Assembly (NCBI GenBank): GCA_026129095.1
Contig: JAHCIT010000003.1
Span: 62,001-126,000, forward strand
Reading direction: 5' to 3'
From: Deltaproteobacteria bacterium
GTDB lineage: Bacteria; JAGRBM01; JAHCIT01
Length of the DNA stretch: 64,000 nt
A program made the translations under genes and the position numbers. Every line of letters begins with the position of its first letter. Within the stretch, counting starts at the first letter, position 1. Positions 61,140-64,000 of the stretch are shown here, piece by piece. A model generated the notes under the pieces. The model had not been told where the DNA came from, did no database searches, and saw only the letters and a list, made by a program, of their open reading frames with translations.

Positions 61140-62762
61140 ATGACACCGCCGGCAAAAGCACTTTCGGCTTCCGCGCACAGGCGCAGGGTTGAGATATACG
61201 ACACGACCTTGAGGGATGGCTCCCAGTGCGAGGACGTCAACTTCAGCGTTGAGGACAAGATTACTGTCGCCCGGGCACTGGATGAACTTGGCATCCACTA
61301 TCTGGAAGGTGGCTGGCCGGGATCGAACCCCCGCGATGTGGAGTTTTTCAGCCGCATCCGGAAGGTGAAGTTCGAACGTTCGAAGCTGTCGGCCTTCGGT
61401 TCGACACGCAGACCCGGATTACAGGCGTCGAAGGATCCCAACCTGAAGGCACTGGTTGAGTCCGGCGCACCGGTGGCCTGCATTTTCGGGAAGTCATGGG
61501 ATTTCCATGTGACAAAGGCGCTGGAGATTTCTCTGGAGGAAAATCTCGATCTCATTCATGACTCGGTGAAATACCTGAAACGGCACGTCGACAAGGTGTT
61601 TTTCGACGCTGAACATTTCTTTGACGGCTACCGGACGAACCCCGCCTTTGCTCTGCAGGTGCTGAGAAGTGCCCGGGATGCCGGGGCTGACGTGCTCGTC
61701 CTGTGCGACACGAATGGCGGCTCGCTTCCCTCATGGGTCGGATCGGTGGTCGGGGACGTCCGGAAGGAACTCCCCGGCGCGGAGCTGGGCATTCATGCCC
61801 ACAATGACACCGAATGCGGTGTTGCCAATGCCATTGCTGCGGTTGAGGCGGGTGCAGGCCAGGTGCAGGGCACGATCAACGGCATCGGCGAACGGTGCGG
61901 GAACGCGAATCTCGTCTCGATCATTCCGAACCTGCAACTGAAACTGGGCCTCGATGTCGTTACACCGAAGCAGCTCCGCTCGTTGCGCGATGTCTCGCGC
62001 CTGCTGTATGAACTCCTGAACATGCCTCCATGGAAGCGCCAGCCCTACGTGGGCGATTCCGCGTTCGCCCACAAGGGCGGGATCCATGTGTCGGCTGTGC
62101 AGAAATACGCCAGCACATACGAGCACATCGAACCCGAACTGGTCGGAAGCAGCCACCGGATTCTGGTCAGTGATCTCGCGGGGCAGAGCAACGTCCTCTA
62201 CAAGGCCAAGGAGTTCCATATCGACCTTGCGAAGAACAGCCCGGCAACCCGCGAGATTCTCGACCAGCTGAAAACTCTGGAACACGCGGGCTACCAGTAT
62301 GAGGGTGCCGAGGCATCGTTTGAGCTGCTGATGCAGAGGGCGCTTCACAAGGAAAACCACCGGAAGGGCTTCCGGCTGGTGGGTTTTCGCGTGATCGACG
62401 AAAAACGGGCCGAGGGTGAAGAACCCCTGTCGGAGGCAACCGTCCAGATTGAGGTGGATGGGCAGGTCTCCCACTCGGTTGCCTTGGGAAACGGACCCGT
62501 GAATGCGCTGGACGGCGCGCTCCGGAAAAGCCTGATCCCGTTCTATCCGGAACTGAAGGACGTGGAACTGCTCGACTACAAGGTCCGTGTCATCGCCGGC
62601 GAAAAGGGCACAGGATCATTTGTCCGTGTCCTCATCGAATCGGGTGATGGCAAGGACCGCTGGGGTACCGTGGGCGTCTCCCACGACATCATCGAGGCTA
62701 GCTACCAGGCACTGGCTGACTCGATCGCCTACAAGCTGTACAAGGACAAAAAGAAAGGGTAA
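61140..62762 (+). CDS. cimA: (R)-citramalate synthase
   Basis: YDTTLRDG, EGGWPGSNP, FFDAEHFFDG, HAHND, AFAHKGGIH, GNGPVNALD, WGTVGVS. Confidence 0.93.
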   Translation: MTPPAKALSASAHRRRVEIYDTTLRDGSQCEDVNFSVEDKITVARALDELGIHYLEGGWPGSNPRDVEFFSRIRKVKFERSKLSAFGSTRRPGLQASKDPNLKALVESGAPVACIFGKSWDFHVTKALEISLEENLDLIHDSVKYLKRHVDKVFFDAEHFFDGYRTNPAFALQVLRSARDAGADVLVLCDTNGGSLPSWVGSVVGDVRKELPGAELGIHAHNDTECGVANAIAAVEAGAGQVQGTINGIGERCGNANLVSIIPNLQLKLGLDVVTPKQLRSLRDVSRLLYELLNMPPWKRQPYVGDSAFAHKGGIHVSAVQKYASTYEHIEPELVGSSHRILVSDLAGQSNVLYKAKEFHIDLAKNSPATREILDQLKTLEHAGYQYEGAEASFELLMQRALHKENHRKGFRLVGFRVIDEKRAEGEEPLSEATVQIEVDGQVSHSVALGNGPVNALDGALRKSLIPFYPELKDVELLDYKVRVIAGEKGTGSFVRVLIESGDGKDRWGTVGVSHDIIEASYQALADSIAYKLYKDKKKG

Positions 62763-62970
62763 CTGGCGCCTTTTGTGACAGCCTGCTGGGGCTTCACGGC
62801 TCCCTGGGGAGAGCCTGAAGCTGTGTGCATTTCGGCACGCTTCGAATGGTCTTGCTTTCAGCAGGGTTTTCCTTTAGAAATGGCCCTCCGGACCTTCGGA
62901 AGCCTTGTGTGGCTTTTGAAGGAACCCGTTGAAAAGATTGAGGTTTCCAGGAGCAAGCGAGAGATTCTTT

Positions 62971-63219
62971 ATGGTAGTGATCCGACTTTCCCGCCGCGGT
63001 AACCGGGGCCGTCCCGCCTACCGGATTGTGGCCGCTGACAAAACGAAGCCCCGTGATGGCCGTCATCTGGAGGTGCTCGGTACGCACATCCCGACCGGAA
63101 CCCAGCGTGGCACTACGCTTCACACCGAACGCATCCAGTACTGGCTGTCGAAGGGTGCACAGCCGTCGGAAACCGTCCGTGCGCTGCTGAAAAAGCAGGG
63201 CGTTCAGCTCCCGAATTAA
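62971..63219 (+). CDS. rpsP: 30S ribosomal protein S16
   Basis: MVVIRLSRRG...YRIVAAD...RDGR...WLSKGAQPSETV. Confidence 0.97.
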   Translation: MVVIRLSRRGNRGRPAYRIVAADKTKPRDGRHLEVLGTHIPTGTQRGTTLHTERIQYWLSKGAQPSETVRALLKKQGVQLPN

Positions 63220-63301
63220 GTCAGGCGCTCCTCCTTCCTGAACAGTCCGGTTGGCATTTGCTGAACCGGCAAGGCAGCAGGCCGCCCGTTTGGAGATACC
63301 C

Positions 63302-63772
63302 ATGTCCGATATGACGGAAAACGAGGAAACTCAGGAGTCTTCCGAAAGCTCGCGTGCTCCCTCGCCGCCACCAGTGCCGATCCGGACCATGCTGGAGGAG
63401 ATCGTGCGTGATGTGGTGTCGATGCCTGATGCCGTGCGGATCGATGAATCCGAACGGGATGAGGACGGCGACCGGTTTACGCTCTACGAAATCAATGTGG
63501 ATCCCTCCGATCTCGGCAAGGTGATTGGCAAGAATGGCCGCACGGCACGTGCCCTGCGGGCGATGGTGAATGCACTGGCCGCCCGGAGCCGCGTCCAGGC
63601 CGAGATGGAAATCGTCGAGCCCGAAGGCTCACGGCCGCCCGCCCGCGATGCCCGTGACGATGCTGGCGGCGACGATGCCAGTGATGATGGTGATGATGAC
63701 GGTGCGGACGACGAGACGGCCGATGACGGTGAAGAAGAAGCCGGCGGCGACGACGACAGCCGCGACGACTGA
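63302..63772 (+). CDS. khpA: KH-domain RNA-binding protein KhpA with acidic extensions
   Basis: DLGKVIGKNGRTARALR; lies between rpsP and rimM. Confidence 0.9.
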   Translation: MSDMTENEETQESSESSRAPSPPPVPIRTMLEEIVRDVVSMPDAVRIDESERDEDGDRFTLYEINVDPSDLGKVIGKNGRTARALRAMVNALAARSRVQAEMEIVEPEGSRPPARDARDDAGGDDASDDGDDDGADDETADDGEEEAGGDDDSRDD

Positions 63773-64000
63773 CGCGGGAAATCCTTCCCGCGCCCCCAGC
63801 CAGTGGATCGAGCTTGGCCGGGTGGTGAAACCCCACGCACTGAAGGGTGCTCTCAAGGTGATGATCTGGAGCGGTTCGGGCGATAATCTTCGCCCGGAAA
63901 TCCCGCTGCGCCTGGAGCATTCCGAATCAGGCACCATGGATGTCTCCATCGTTCGCGCCGCACCCGCCGGAAACTGTTTCCATCTGGTCCTGAAAGAGAT
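63723..64000 (+). CDS. rimM: Ribosome maturation factor RimM, 3'-truncated, start uncertain
   Basis: WIELGRVVKPHALKGALKV read from 63804 (absent from the ORF track); rpsP-khpA-rimM synteny. Confidence 0.85.
   Translation, partial: MTVKKKPAATTTAATTDAGNPSRAPSQWIELGRVVKPHALKGALKVMIWSGSGDNLRPEIPLRLEHSESGTMDVSIVRAAPAGNCFHLVLKE

Noticed and set aside
61004-61192. 62-aa ORF with tandem TTA codons before cimA
   Set aside because: GGAGG is only 3 nt from its ATG and the ORF runs through the terminator into cimA. The Ile-rich frame fits better, though this one is not fully excluded.

Overview
GC-rich chromosomal backbone of a deltaproteobacterial-type bacterium (Myxococcota/Desulfobacterota-like, inferred from gene order). 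It opens inside a giant (>2,000 aa, 5'-truncated) putative surface protein. Housekeeping blocks follow: pyrG; rpoN-hpf-ptsN-hprK-rapZ-EIIA-ptsH; cpoB-LysM-dprA-topA-trmFO-xerC-hslVU-argBDF; pgpA-cinA; rph-rdgB-tRNA-Pro(TGG); ftsH-folP-cdaA-cdaR-glmM-pdxJ-nnr-tsaE-lysC-cimA; rpsP-khpA-rimM (3'-truncated). Accessory genes include a J-domain/TPR + HEAT pair converging on a DUF1844-HEAT-HD-GYP operon, a CusRS-like two-component system, an orphan ParA, an SLT transglycosylase, a TPR-AIM24 protein and a membrane GGDEF protein. I saw no mobile element or CRISPR array. Best leads: (1) an HD-GYP with the RxxQ signature of cGAMP-specific phosphodiesterases that shares an apparently unnamed N-terminal domain with its HEAT-repeat neighbour; (2) the kds/lpt LPS genes are absent from their usual place between pyrG and rpoN; (3) a pyrC-type CTP-sensing start-site switch upstream of pyrG; (4) an Ile-rich leader-peptide attenuator upstream of cimA. 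All calls come from reading motifs by eye; no searches were run.
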